Below the pieces are notes generated by a model. It was not told where the DNA came from. It was given only the letters and a program-made list of their open reading frames with translations, and searched no databases. From a virus, in the IMG/VR virus record IMGVR_UViG_3300012642_000011, positions 1 to 64,000 of that record: a stretch of 64,000 bases of DNA; one strand, written 5' to 3'. The position numbers and the translations under genes are program-made. Each line of letters starts with the position of its first letter. Position 1 is the first letter of the stretch. Positions 1 to 9,489 of this stretch are shown here, piece after piece.

Positions 1-88
1 TGGAGACGGGAGCACTGGCTTGGTTTCACCAAGTGAAACTCCTGTCTGTGAAGCGATTAGTGAGAGCAAGATTCTCACAATCGCGTAA
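1..88 (+). CDS. tnpB: 3' end of a tnpB gene (IS200/IS605-family TnpB, C-terminal fragment; the gene starts upstream of the window)
   Basis: Frame 2 translates to GDGSTGLVSPSETPVCEAISESKILTIA*. This is near-identical to the C-terminus of the complete TnpB at 46497..47798. Stop codon TAA at 86-88. Confidence 0.75.
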   Translation, partial: GDGSTGLVSPSETPVCEAISESKILTIA

Positions 89-124
89 GCGATAATCTAT
101 TTACTACTATTTAGATTAACGGTT
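1..124 (+). mobile_element. Right end of an IS200/IS605-family (IS1341-like, tnpB-only) element, copy A. It extends upstream of the window.
   Basis: Positions 1-124 match 47711-47834 (the right end of copy B) with only 3 mismatches. Similarity stops abruptly after ...ttagattaacggtt. Confidence 0.8.
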
Positions 125-194
125 TCTTTTTGATGTCTTTGATGGAAAGAATCCTTCTCATATTCCAGAAGTTAGTGATCATGCTGCCAGCGCC

Positions 195-710
195 ATGAGC
201 CATGCTGCCATGAAGGCAGGTTTTTATGCCAGAGCAACTGATTCTTTTTGCAAGTCCATGTCACAGTATCTTTTTGATGATGCTGTTGTCCTTGATCCCA
301 TGGCAGGAAGAGGATATCTTGCACAGGGTCTTTCTGCGCATGGCGTTAACGTGATTGCATCTGATGATTACTCTTGGGATCAGTATCGCCCTGAAGAGAT
401 CCCTGATGGCGTTCATCATATGGATGCTATGGAGTCTTTGAGAACTTTTGCTTCCTCAATCACTCACTTGATTCTTGCTTGGGCACCACCAAAGATCACT
501 CTTGACCTTGATCTTGCTCAGGAAGCCTTGAAGATCAATCCTGATATCACTGTGATCAATATTGGCGAGGTTCATGGATGCACTGGTAGTGATGACTTCT
601 GGGATCATTTTGAGGCTGTAGAAGTCAGCAATGATAACCATGCTTTCATGAGTTATGAAACAACCGCACACCTGTATGATTTCCCCTGTGAAGTGAGAGT
701 CATTCCCTGA
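195..710 (+). CDS. Truncated paralog of the C-terminal methyltransferase-like domain of the 2154..3233 protein (DPMAG[RK]G ... W(A)PP motifs). Probably a 5'-truncated remnant.
   Basis: VVLDPMAGRGY...ASDDYSWDQ...HMDAMESLR...AWAPP aligns with residues ~113-300 of the 2154..3233 product. It lacks the N-terminal Cys/His module. In-frame read-through upstream reaches the IS right end (124) with no ATG before 195. Confidence 0.5.
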   Translation: MSHAAMKAGFYARATDSFCKSMSQYLFDDAVVLDPMAGRGYLAQGLSAHGVNVIASDDYSWDQYRPEEIPDGVHHMDAMESLRTFASSITHLILAWAPPKITLDLDLAQEALKINPDITVINIGEVHGCTGSDDFWDHFEAVEVSNDNHAFMSYETTAHLYDFPCEVRVIP

Positions 711-780
711 TAGTACAAAAAAGATAATGATATTTCTTTTGTTATTAACTTTGTCATTTAAAATAAAAGGAGAGATCATT

Positions 781-1050
781 ATGAGCGGTTCAGTACGAGC
801 AGTTGATGTCACAGACAGCGCTGCAATCACAAATGGAAGAATTCCAAAGACAGATTCAATGAGCATCTATTGCTTGGTTGGTTTTTCTATTATTCTTCTG
901 GTTCTTTCATTGGCGACGACTATGAGCACATGGTTTATTCTTGCTTCCATCATCACGCAGATGGCAACTGTCTATTTGATCAGAAATCACTTCAAGGCAG
1001 AGGCTGTTAAGGGAGACAAGGTGGTTGCTCAGCCAGAAGATATTTCCTGA
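781..1050 (+). CDS. small membrane protein (2 predicted TM helices)
   Basis: RBS GGAGAG 6 nt upstream of ATG 781 (the ORF track starts it at 727). Hydrophobic segments IYCLVGFSIILLVLSLATT and WFILASIITQMATVYLI. Confidence 0.45.
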   Translation: MSGSVRAVDVTDSAAITNGRIPKTDSMSIYCLVGFSIILLVLSLATTMSTWFILASIITQMATVYLIRNHFKAEAVKGDKVVAQPEDIS

Positions 1051-1083
1051 TCATCATTTAAAATCATCAATATGATGGTTTAA

Positions 1084-1116
1084 GGGGAAAGTGATTATTT
1101 CATTCTCCCCTTTTTC
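1084..1116 (+). terminator. rho-independent terminator candidate
   Basis: ggggaaagtga / tcattctcccc imperfect stem followed by ttttt. Confidence 0.45.
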
Positions 1117-1176
1117 TTATTAGCCTGCTCTATTTAGAGAAGTTCACATACATTGGACATAGAAAGGGTGGGTGAA

Positions 1177-2157
1177 ATGAAGTATCACATTAATCCAGAT
1201 ACGGGCAATCATGGCAAATGCTCCGCTGAAGAGGGGAACTGCCCATTTATTCATGGAGACAGTATTCAAGAGGCTCGAAGTAATTATGAATCTGAAATGG
1301 AAAAGAGCATTGGGGTTACAACTTCTTTGAAGAAGTCTGCACCAAAAGACAAAGCGGACAACAATGATCACCCCTTGGCTATGAAAGCATCAGAGCCAAT
1401 GACTATGAAGTTCATGAGAAACCCTGTATCATCTCAAAACTTTTCTATTAACCATTATTTTGGACAAGACATAGAACCTGCTGGACGATACATGTCAGAA
1501 CAGAATCCTATCGGCAGAATCCCTGATGGATGGGAATCTGGAAGTATAGAATTCAAAAAACCGCTTCACATTGCATGGGGAGAAGGCGGGTATGAAGATG
1601 ATGACAACTGGAAGCAAAGGCTATCCAAGCACTACGGAGGCAAGAAAGGAAAAGCACTTTCTACTGCATTAAGGAAAGATGGATATGATGCCATCGTGAC
1701 ACACGATAAATATGGCACCAGTGAAACCATTGATCTCACAGGTATTCCCGCTCCTAAAACAAAGAGCACACCCAAAGGTCCGACATGGAATCGTAGAAAG
1801 AAGTATCCCCCTAAAGAGGCAAAGAATTTCGCTAAGTTCATTGAAAGCAAGCATGAAGGAGTTCAGATCTGGCTAGACGGTAAACAAGATGATGATTCCT
1901 ATGTGACTTTAGGAAAGATCATCATTCCTAAAGAGCAAAGAGGAAAAGGAAAAGGCAAGAAGATCATGGATGAGATTATCAAAGAAGCCGATAGGAACAA
2001 TTGGAAACTTGCTCTCACGCCAGATGACACATGGGGATCTTCTGTTCCACGATTGAAACGATTCTACTCTGAATTTGGTTTTGTAGAGAATAAGGGTAGA
2101 AATAAAGACTACACGACTATGGAATCCATGATCCGACCACAAAAGAGTGAAAAATGA
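1177..2157 (+). CDS. N-terminal Cys/His module protein with C-terminal GNAT-like acetyltransferase domain
   Basis: The ORF track starts at 1153, but ATG 1177 follows RBS GGGTGGGTG and matches the N-terminus of its paralog. N-terminus MKYHINPDTGNHGKCSAEEGNCPFIHGD. C-terminal QRGKGKGKKIMDEII...NWKLALT...FYSEFGF looks GNAT-like. Its stop overlaps the next start (ATGA). Confidence 0.5.
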   Translation: MKYHINPDTGNHGKCSAEEGNCPFIHGDSIQEARSNYESEMEKSIGVTTSLKKSAPKDKADNNDHPLAMKASEPMTMKFMRNPVSSQNFSINHYFGQDIEPAGRYMSEQNPIGRIPDGWESGSIEFKKPLHIAWGEGGYEDDDNWKQRLSKHYGGKKGKALSTALRKDGYDAIVTHDKYGTSETIDLTGIPAPKTKSTPKGPTWNRRKKYPPKEAKNFAKFIESKHEGVQIWLDGKQDDDSYVTLGKIIIPKEQRGKGKGKKIMDEIIKEADRNNWKLALTPDDTWGSSVPRLKRFYSEFGFVENKGRNKDYTTMESMIRPQKSEK

Positions 2158-3233
2158 GCAAATATCATGTCAACCCAGAAACAGGAAATCACGGCAGGTG
2201 CTCCGCTGAAGAGGGGAACTGTCCATTCATTCATGGTGACACAGTAGAAGAAGCAAGAAAGAATTATGAATCCTCTATGGAGGGTAAAGAAACCACTACT
2301 TTTCATAGTAAGAAGAAGATTTACTCACCTGAAATCAAGATTTCTCCAAGCACTGTAGTAGATGATGGTCTTGACGTAAACATGATGCTTACATTTGAAC
2401 CCCTCAATGAAAGGCATATTAAAGAATCAGAAGAATTCATTGCTTCAGTAGGAAACGGAGAAATCCCTGAATCTTTTCCTCAAATCGAAAATGTTATGTC
2501 TGATTTCACTATGCATCAAAAACTCATGTCCAGAGGTTATTTCGGAAGAGCAACCAAAGAATTTGCTCGTTCTTTCAAAAAGGAAGTAGGTGATAACGCA
2601 GTTATTCTTGACCCCATGGCAGGCAAGGGATTCATGGCTAAAGCATTCCAAGAACAAGGGTTGAAAGTCATTGCATCAGATGATTTCTCATGGGAGGCTG
2701 TTCAAGGAGATCACATTGGTGTCAAAAACATGGATGCCATGGAATCTGTGAGAAAACACGCTAAATACGCTACTCATATGGTGGTATCATGGCCCCCTAT
2801 GGAATCAACCATTGACAGAGACATCATGGACGCAGCAAGAGAAGAGAATCCTGACATCACACTTGTTTACATTGGCGAAGAAGGTGGCTGCACAGGAAGT
2901 GATGAACTATGGGAATCATATGATGTAGAAAAAATCATACCTGGCTACAAGACATCTTATTCAACAGTCAGTGACAATGCCTACATCATGAGAGCATTGT
3001 CACCAAAGGAATCAGAAGCAAGAAAGACCCAACGAGAAGAAGATTACTACAGCATTTACGATGACTACGATGAAGATTATGATGCCTACGATGACGATGA
3101 TGAAGATTTAGATCTTCTAAGAAGCAAATTATTCAGCGATAAGAATAGATTTGAACAAGAAGATACCATCGACAACAAGAAAGCAAATGACGCAATGGAT
3201 AGACTGAAAGAAATTCTTAAAGAAGATGAATAA
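2154..3233 (+). CDS. N-terminal Cys/His module protein with divergent SAM-methyltransferase-like domain and Asp/Tyr-rich acidic tail
   Basis: N-terminus MSKYHVNPETGNHGRCSAEEGNCPFIHGD. VILDPMAGKGF resembles MTase motif I and VVSWPPME resembles a (D/N/S)PP(Y/F/W)-like motif IV. Tail DDYDEDYDAYDDDDEDLDLL. Confidence 0.5.
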   Translation: MSKYHVNPETGNHGRCSAEEGNCPFIHGDTVEEARKNYESSMEGKETTTFHSKKKIYSPEIKISPSTVVDDGLDVNMMLTFEPLNERHIKESEEFIASVGNGEIPESFPQIENVMSDFTMHQKLMSRGYFGRATKEFARSFKKEVGDNAVILDPMAGKGFMAKAFQEQGLKVIASDDFSWEAVQGDHIGVKNMDAMESVRKHAKYATHMVVSWPPMESTIDRDIMDAAREENPDITLVYIGEEGGCTGSDELWESYDVEKIIPGYKTSYSTVSDNAYIMRALSPKESEARKTQREEDYYSIYDDYDEDYDAYDDDDEDLDLLRSKLFSDKNRFEQEDTIDNKKANDAMDRLKEILKEDE

Positions 3234-3284
3234 TTTACACAGTAATTCATACCGCGTTTAACCATATTATTTCTTCCTTTGCCA

Positions 3285-4091
3285 TCAAAGAGAATTCATA
3301 ACACCTTCCCATACTTTACGACAAGAGTTTTCACTCAGACCTGACATTGGACCATCGTTGAGTTCAATGACTTCCCATGAACCATCTGGATACTCTGCTA
3401 CATCAATTACATAAAAACGCGAAAGATGAGAAGTCTTCTCAATTGCTTCATTCAAGCAGGTATCGAACTTCTCCCTGTTAAGAGGGGAGGGATCATTGAA
3501 CCCGCTCCAATAAAACGCTTCAGAGATCACTTTGCCATCCATGATGAATACTCTTCTTTCATTGAAGACAGGTTGACCATTGACAGCCGTATCAATCTGC
3601 CTGAACTTTCTGAAGGGCCTGATGACAATGCTCTGTGTTCCCACATATTGATCATTGAGTACATTGCCTACTACTGTGATCAATGATTTCTTATCAGCGG
3701 CGTAAGCAGATGAGAACCAATTCTTCTTGATGGAGTTTGTTTCACCTTTAACGAAATACTCTCCTTCAGGAAGAGAGGGGATATCTTCAAGGGAGAATGC
3801 AGGAGCAGTGAGATCTTCCAAAAGATAAGCCCAGTTTCTCAAGTCAGCAATGCTTCTGTGCTGATAGTAGGTGTTGATTAATTCTGAACCCAATGCTTTT
3901 ACATCTTTCTCCAATTCCTTCCCAAAGGGAATAGATCGGAAACGAGGGATGACAATGTGATCTGGTTTAATTTCTGTGATGAGATCGCTAACGTTATCTT
4001 CACCAAAGATTTCCTTGATCACATCGAGGTCATCCCCACCTACATTGATGTTTGATTGAGAGTAGAGGAAGAAGGGTGTCTTTTTCACCAT
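3285..4091 (-). CDS. ATP-grasp-like protein (putative)
   Basis: C-terminal FYVIDVAEYPDGSWEVIELNDGPMSGL resembles ATP-grasp C-terminal strands. RBS AAGGAGA lies upstream of ATG at 4091 (the ORF track extends to 4130). Confidence 0.35.
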   Translation of the reverse strand: MVKKTPFFLYSQSNINVGGDDLDVIKEIFGEDNVSDLITEIKPDHIVIPRFRSIPFGKELEKDVKALGSELINTYYQHRSIADLRNWAYLLEDLTAPAFSLEDIPSLPEGEYFVKGETNSIKKNWFSSAYAADKKSLITVVGNVLNDQYVGTQSIVIRPFRKFRQIDTAVNGQPVFNERRVFIMDGKVISEAFYWSGFNDPSPLNREKFDTCLNEAIEKTSHLSRFYVIDVAEYPDGSWEVIELNDGPMSGLSENSCRKVWEGVMNSL

Positions 4092-4682
4092 GATGCAGGT
4101 CTCCTTTGATGTATGTTGACTTGCTATCATTGTAGCATTTCATCATGAAAATAGATTCGAGAATTAAATCACACCTAAGAGTAGGCAACTTTAACACCCT
4201 GCTCTTGTTATAGTAGTCCCTGTAAGCATTGAATCGTGTTTACCAGCGTGGAAAGCCTGCCGTTGCTGCCAATCATCTCAGGCGCAGTTGAAAATACCCT
4301 CCCTTAATGTCAGTGAACTGCCACAGACAAGTGATCAAATGCATGTGATTGCTCAGGCTATAGCAAGAGACGCTCTCATAATTGGGAGGGTCTATTTGCC
4401 GTGGATGAATGTCGCAGAATGAGGGCGGGGGCTTCGGGTTTTGTGACGGAGTGAGGGATCAAGACCACACCTCTCACGCACGTGAGTCCTTTTGTTCACA
4501 TGGTTAACAGGGGAGCATTGATCACATCATATATACCCACCAGTTACCTTTTAAATAAGACTACTACTGTATAGTGTAGAGAGCATGAGTATGCATGCAT
4601 TGTATACACTGTTCCCATTGTGAGCATAGACAACATCCCTACATGATTATTAAATAACAATGACCATGGAATAGTTGCTTCA

Positions 4683-5065
4683 TTGAGGCAAGAGATACAT
4701 CATTCACTTATACTGGAGGAGCATGCTCTGCCCAATGTCATCAGGGAGGTATCTGTGAGTGTGAAAGCCACAGTGACCAAGACAGATCCTGTGGACGAGA
4801 AGCCAACTCCTAAGCCTGTGAAGCCTGATAGCACTGTGGATGTTGTGACACTTGTAGAAAGCCAGCGAAGGCTCCTATTGACTCAGTAGAGGCTCCTGTA
4901 GGTAAAGAAAAGAGAACACCTGTTGTGCAGGATAAGGACAATGATGCTGTCATGGTGAAGACAGGAGAGCAAGTTGACAATGATGGTGCTGATTTGGGTG
5001 CTGGACTTGTCAGATTGAGTGCATTGCTTGGCATTATCTTTGGTTGGAGGGAATGGAAGAACTGA
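4683..5065 (+). pseudogene. Degraded remnant of a cell-surface (sortase-anchored-like) protein, frameshifted
   Basis: Frame 0 (4683-4889) encodes Pro/Thr/Lys-rich KPTPKPVKPDSTVDVV. Frame 2 (4832-5065) encodes ...VKTGEQ...GAGLVRLSALLGIIFGWREWKN*, an LPxTG-like tail with hydrophobic segment and basic end. Stops and a frame change separate the two pieces. The surrounding ~1 kb is noncoding and GC-richer than neighbours. Confidence 0.3.
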
Positions 5066-5107
5066 TTCCTAACACCTTACGCCAAAATCGTGGTTTATGA
5101 TCTTCAA

Positions 5108-5146
5108 ACAAAAAAGTTGACCTGATAACTCGGGTCAACTTTTTGC
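5108..5146 (-). terminator. bidirectional rho-independent terminator (serves minus-strand gene 5197..5568)
   Basis: aaaaagttgacc-tgataactcg-ggtcaacttttt. Perfect 9-bp stem flanked by an A-run upstream and a T-run downstream. Confidence 0.65.
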
Positions 5147-5196
5147 TTTCAATAAATAAAATAATATACAACTGAATTATTGTGTATGTCGATTTC

Positions 5197-5568
5197 TCAT
5201 CTATTCAAGAAGTCGCTAAGGTCTTCATCACTCATCGTGCTGAGAGAGATCGTCTGACCCATTGCTTTCATTGCCATGAACTCATTCCAGACCTTCTTTC
5301 TCTTTTCATTGACGTTCTTGTTCCCAGTGTCTTCTGTGGTATACTCGTAAAACATCCCCGTGGCGAAAAGATCGTCATAAATATGCTGTGAGGTTTCATC
5401 ATTTTCTGCTTCAATGAGGAAGAGTGTGTAGAAGTCTACGTCGCCCATAGAGATCAAGTACTTTTCATCAGCATAATAAGCGCTGAAGAGCACTTCTGAA
5501 ATTCTTTCAATAATTCTGTCAAAGTCTTCGTTTCCTGCAAACATCAATCCATATCGTATATCGTTCAT
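5197..5568 (-). CDS. hypothetical acidic protein
   Basis: 123-aa ORF followed by a terminator. No recognisable motifs. Confidence 0.4.
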   Translation of the reverse strand: MNDIRYGLMFAGNEDFDRIIERISEVLFSAYYADEKYLISMGDVDFYTLFLIEAENDETSQHIYDDLFATGMFYEYTTEDTGNKNVNEKRKKVWNEFMAMKAMGQTISLSTMSDEDLSDFLNR

Positions 5569-5635
5569 GATTCTCCTTTTTCTGTTAGCCTTCGTTTATG
5601 CTATCAATCCAACTACATGATGCTTTCTGTAGATC

Positions 5636-6316
5636 TCACATCTTTTCTTCGAGGTCATTCAGGATGTCAGTGGAATTAAGAACCCTTACGTCCCACTTGA
5701 TGTTGTGAATATCCTTCAGCAAGTCAGTGACGATACTATCGATTTCATGCGTGTTGAGATTGTTTGACTTATCTACAGGGGTCCAGATCACCGTCATCTC
5801 ATGGGTGTCGTTGTGGGCTGTACTAAAGTCCATGTTCAACCATGTGCTATTGTTAATCTCAACTGAAATCAACTTGTTGACAATGGCATCAGTGATCTCA
5901 TCGAACTCCTGATCGGATACGAATCTCGTCATTCTGATGTTGATCTCAGGGAAGAGGAGATTGCTATCATCAATCTCATCGTACTCATAGTCATCCATAT
6001 TCCTGACAAGGATGCTATCCACACCAGCAAGCATGGCTGCAATAACTCTGTGCGTTCCGTCATTGACAACGAGGTCTTCGTTTGAGATAGAGACAGGCTC
6101 TCTAAAGGTTCCCTTGTCCTTGAGATGATTGATAAGAGACTGCACAGTTCGATTGTGGTCTTCATCCTCAAGGAAGTGCTGAGCAAGAGCCTTCCAGTTG
6201 TCCATGGGCGCGTTGCCATCATAGACGTGTGCATATGTGGTGGTCAAGTCTTTGACGTTCATCAGGAAAGTGTTGTTCATGATCACTACTCTATCGTGTT
6301 CAGCAGCAGGTGTCAA
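5636..6316 (-). CDS. ParB-like nuclease domain (ParBc/Srx fold) protein, putative
   Basis: LVVNDGTHRVIAAMLAGVDSILV fits the ParB/sulfiredoxin DGxHRxxAxxxxGxxxIxV motif. The true start may be the internal MDNWK. Confidence 0.35.
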   Translation of the reverse strand: MTPAAEHDRVVIMNNTFLMNVKDLTTTYAHVYDGNAPMDNWKALAQHFLEDEDHNRTVQSLINHLKDKGTFREPVSISNEDLVVNDGTHRVIAAMLAGVDSILVRNMDDYEYDEIDDSNLLFPEINIRMTRFVSDQEFDEITDAIVNKLISVEINNSTWLNMDFSTAHNDTHEMTVIWTPVDKSNNLNTHEIDSIVTDLLKDIHNIKWDVRVLNSTDILNDLEEKM

Positions 6317-6479
6317 ATCACATATGTATTTCGTAATTTGAGTGTGTTCCTGATCAAACTGTGTTTTGTCATATAGCGAACAATAGTAAGTTATTGTTCA
6401 TATCTGATTGGATTGAGAGTAGTGTTTGGGGGTCTGTTTGCACAGTTAGCAGAATTGTTTTTATTTCGTTAGGCCATAA

Positions 6480-6530
6480 AGAATGGTACAGGCGGGATAG
6501 GTAGCAATTCTATCCCGCCTGTACCATTCT
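6480..6530 (-). terminator. Perfect 21-bp inverted repeat (9-nt loop) immediately 3' of ligA. Terminator or protein-binding hairpin.
   Basis: agaatggtacaggcgggatag / ctatcccgcctgtaccattct. On the minus strand it is followed by TTTAT. Confidence 0.5.
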
Positions 6531-8482
6531 CAGATTCTGGATTCGAACTCTTCTGCAGTCATAGTCTCAATATTGAGACTTTCTGCCTTGTTCAACTTCG
6601 ACCCTGCCTTGTCACCATAGATGACAAGATCAGTAGTGGAGGAAACAGATGATGAGATAGTGCCTCCATTGTTCTTCACCCATGTTTCTACGCCTTTACG
6701 GCTGAGCGTGGGGAAGACTCCTGTTACCACAACCTTTTTGCCGTTGACGAAATCATTGGTATCAGTGGAGACAACTTCTACCTTCTTCTCTGGCGTGGGC
6801 GTGAAATCATGTTCTGATTTGAGTCTTTCTGCCCATTGTGCAATCTCTTTCTGGTTGTCATAGACAGTTTGAGCGTTGGTCTGTCCGAATCTCTCCAATG
6901 TCATCAGATCCATCAGGGAAGCGTCAGCAAGTGCTTCCAGTGAGCCAAAGGCTTCTTCTAGGATGGGAGATTTGGTCTTGGCGATCAGTCGCATTCCGAT
7001 AGCGGCAATCCATCTCCACAGAGGCGCTTCAAAACTCTTCTGAAGGGCGTTGTAGACGTTGCTGGACGCCTTTCTTGGCTTGTCGTACCCCATTGCTTCA
7101 GCAATCTGGTTTTCGTCAAGTACAAGGATGTCAAGGAAGTTCTTTGCATTGGAGTATTCAGACAAGGATTCAATGATTGCAGGGCCAACACCCTTGATGT
7201 CAAGAACGTTCAAGGAGTTCTCAATCTTGGCAACCACAGGCTCAGGCGCTTCCTCATGTGCAAACAACTCTAGTCCTGTTGCGGAGAGTTTTGTCTTGAG
7301 TCCACTGCCTTCTGGGAACTCTACTGGTGCTACGAAAGCGTCATCGTCTGATCGTGGGTGTGCTGGGTCAACACCAATGACAAAGGGGATGACACCATTT
7401 GCTCTGATGACGAGAATGTGATCATTCTTATGAAGATTCAATCTTTGGAACTTGGCGAAGTTGGCAAGGGATGCTTTGGTTGTCTTAGCGTTTCCTGTAA
7501 GGGTGACCTCATCAAAGATAGCAATGGGTGTCAGTTTTCCTGTTCTTCTTTGACTCCATACGATATCTCTGATGATGGTGCTGGAAGGAGAATCCTCATA
7601 CTTGTATGCCAGTGCCCATTTGGGGTTCTTTGATCCACGTCCAACCTGTTCTCTGTCTTCTGTGGAGGCATCGATCTTGATGACAGCACCATCTGTTTCG
7701 AAGTCGAACTTCTTTCTCTGCACATCAAGGTCAAAGAGTGTCTCCATCATCTCTTCTGTTCCATCGAGATGCTTGTAGAAGTGATCCTTGGGTGTGAGGA
7801 ATCCCCATGAGGACAGAGTATTGATGTCATCATCTGTTTGTGCATCAGTCTCATAAGCGACAAAGGAGAGATACTTGATGGTTTCGGGGTCATTCTTTCT
7901 CAGGACACCTGCTGCTGCGTTGCGCTCAGAAGAGTACTTCTCCTTTCGGTGACCATCGTTTTCAATGAAATCGTTGAGGGCTGCGAAATCAGTGTATGTG
8001 ATGATGATCTCACCACGTACATGGGTGGTGCCTTGTGCGTTGATCCTCTGTGGAATAACAGATGCCTTACTCATGGCAAGAGCGGCAAGGGTCATGTCAT
8101 CTCCCTTGACATGATCTCCTCTGGTAGCAGCCTGATGCAAGTTTCCGTCTTTGTAGATCAGGGAGAGTCCGAGACCATCATACTTGGGCTGGATAACAGT
8201 GTGCGTTGTGGGCATGGTATCCAGCCATTTGATGATCTGGTCCAGTGTCTTTGCTTTGGCAAGTGACTGCATGGGGTAGGCATGGTAAACCTTTTCTCCG
8301 GTAGGCTCGTAACCATGTCCAATGATCTGTTCAACGCCTCTGGAATCAAGTTCTTCCAGTAGTGCGTCGAATTCCTTATCACTCATGATGACATCTGTCT
8401 GCATTCCGTAGTAGGCGGTTGCAGCCTGTGTTCTCAGCGTGATCAGTTCGTCTGTGCTCATGTTGTTGTATGTAGTATCCAT
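6530..8482 (-). CDS. ligA: NAD-dependent DNA ligase LigA
   Basis: KxDG adenylation motif (QPKYDGLGLSLIYKDGNL). Typical LigA N-terminus (DKEFDALLEELD) and domain order. 650 aa. Confidence 0.85.
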   Translation of the reverse strand: MDTTYNNMSTDELITLRTQAATAYYGMQTDVIMSDKEFDALLEELDSRGVEQIIGHGYEPTGEKVYHAYPMQSLAKAKTLDQIIKWLDTMPTTHTVIQPKYDGLGLSLIYKDGNLHQAATRGDHVKGDDMTLAALAMSKASVIPQRINAQGTTHVRGEIIITYTDFAALNDFIENDGHRKEKYSSERNAAAGVLRKNDPETIKYLSFVAYETDAQTDDDINTLSSWGFLTPKDHFYKHLDGTEEMMETLFDLDVQRKKFDFETDGAVIKIDASTEDREQVGRGSKNPKWALAYKYEDSPSSTIIRDIVWSQRRTGKLTPIAIFDEVTLTGNAKTTKASLANFAKFQRLNLHKNDHILVIRANGVIPFVIGVDPAHPRSDDDAFVAPVEFPEGSGLKTKLSATGLELFAHEEAPEPVVAKIENSLNVLDIKGVGPAIIESLSEYSNAKNFLDILVLDENQIAEAMGYDKPRKASSNVYNALQKSFEAPLWRWIAAIGMRLIAKTKSPILEEAFGSLEALADASLMDLMTLERFGQTNAQTVYDNQKEIAQWAERLKSEHDFTPTPEKKVEVVSTDTNDFVNGKKVVVTGVFPTLSRKGVETWVKNNGGTISSSVSSTTDLVIYGDKAGSKLNKAESLNIETMTAEEFESRI

Positions 8483-8504
8483 AACTCTATTCTAACACAT
8501 CTTC

Positions 8505-9371
8505 GTGTACTTGACTACTGTCTCATTATGTACTACTATCATCTTAAAGTCAACAATGGACAGCATGGAGAACATTGATATGGAGATGGGTGTGGTAGAT
8601 CGTGGCGCAATGGATAAGAAAGCGGTAACAATAGAGTCGATGTCAGAACTTGAGAGAATGAAGAGGGAGATTAGACAGGAAAATCTCTCATGGATGATGA
8701 AGCGCCCAAATGACTGGTGGAGTAAGATCGTTATGCGGGGGATGCCGCGACAGGGTGTTATTGGAGAGATCCCGCTTCGTGAAGATTACAATGGAGAACT
8801 GTGGAGAAATAGGTTTCTTTCATCTGTGACTGTTCTGATTCCGATTTCGATGATTCTTGTTTGCGCTCAGTTTCTTCCTTTTCTCTCTAAGTCTCCTGTG
8901 ACCGCAGTAGCAGGAGCGGTGGATACTTCGACTTCTTCTACTATCGGAACTACAGTATTGTCTTTGGGTTTTATTGTTTTATGGGCTGTTGTTGTGTTCT
9001 TTTCGATCAAGGGCTTAATCAATGGAAAGTTGTATAACTTCTTCTATGATGCTGCGTTGGCAGAAGAGGCGTGGTTCAGATATGGTTCAGAGAATTGGAG
9101 TATGTGGCAGAGGATCTCATCTTGTATGAGGTTTGGTGTTATTCATTTGATGAACTTGATCGTTGCTTTCATCACTTTGGGTGGTTTGGCTATTGTTGGT
9201 GGTGTTTTCATGAAGGTCTATCTTGATGAGTACAAGAGAAGTGGTGACAGAGTAAAGGCGATGCACACATCAGCACAGTTTCATGCTGACTACAACATGG
9301 TTGCATTAGGTTTATTTTTTGCATCATTCAGTTTGATCACGATTGTGGTTGTGGCGTCGATGTTCTCTTGA
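8505..9371 (+). CDS. polytopic integral membrane protein (start uncertain: GTG 8505 or ATG 8556)
   Basis: At least 5 hydrophobic helices. Divergent from ligA. Confidence 0.4.
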   Translation: MYLTTVSLCTTIILKSTMDSMENIDMEMGVVDRGAMDKKAVTIESMSELERMKREIRQENLSWMMKRPNDWWSKIVMRGMPRQGVIGEIPLREDYNGELWRNRFLSSVTVLIPISMILVCAQFLPFLSKSPVTAVAGAVDTSTSSTIGTTVLSLGFIVLWAVVVFFSIKGLINGKLYNFFYDAALAEEAWFRYGSENWSMWQRISSCMRFGVIHLMNLIVAFITLGGLAIVGGVFMKVYLDEYKRSGDRVKAMHTSAQFHADYNMVALGLFFASFSLITIVVVASMFS

Positions 9372-9385
9372 ATTTTTCGAAGTGA

Positions 9386-9430
9386 ATAGAGGGGAGTCTC
9401 CTTACTTGGGGGATTCCCCTCTATTTTTGA
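9386..9430 (+). terminator. rho-independent terminator
   Basis: atagaggggag...ctcccctctat stem (1 mismatch) followed by ttttt. Confidence 0.55.
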
Positions 9431-9489
9431 TAAAATACAATAAACTAATAATTTGTGTTTTAAGCAGAATATGAACAAGGAGGCCAAAA

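Noticed and set aside
456-866. 136-aa minus-strand ORF overlapping 195..710 and 781..1050
   Set aside because: Antisense to two plus-strand genes that have RBS support and homology. Likely spurious.
4250-4330. Possible cobalamin riboswitch or RNase P/tmRNA-like element in the GC-rich noncoding island
   Set aside because: Superficial resemblance only (gtcagtgaactgccac). The B12-box and the conserved RNase P or tmRNA cores are not present. Needs an Rfam scan, so not called.
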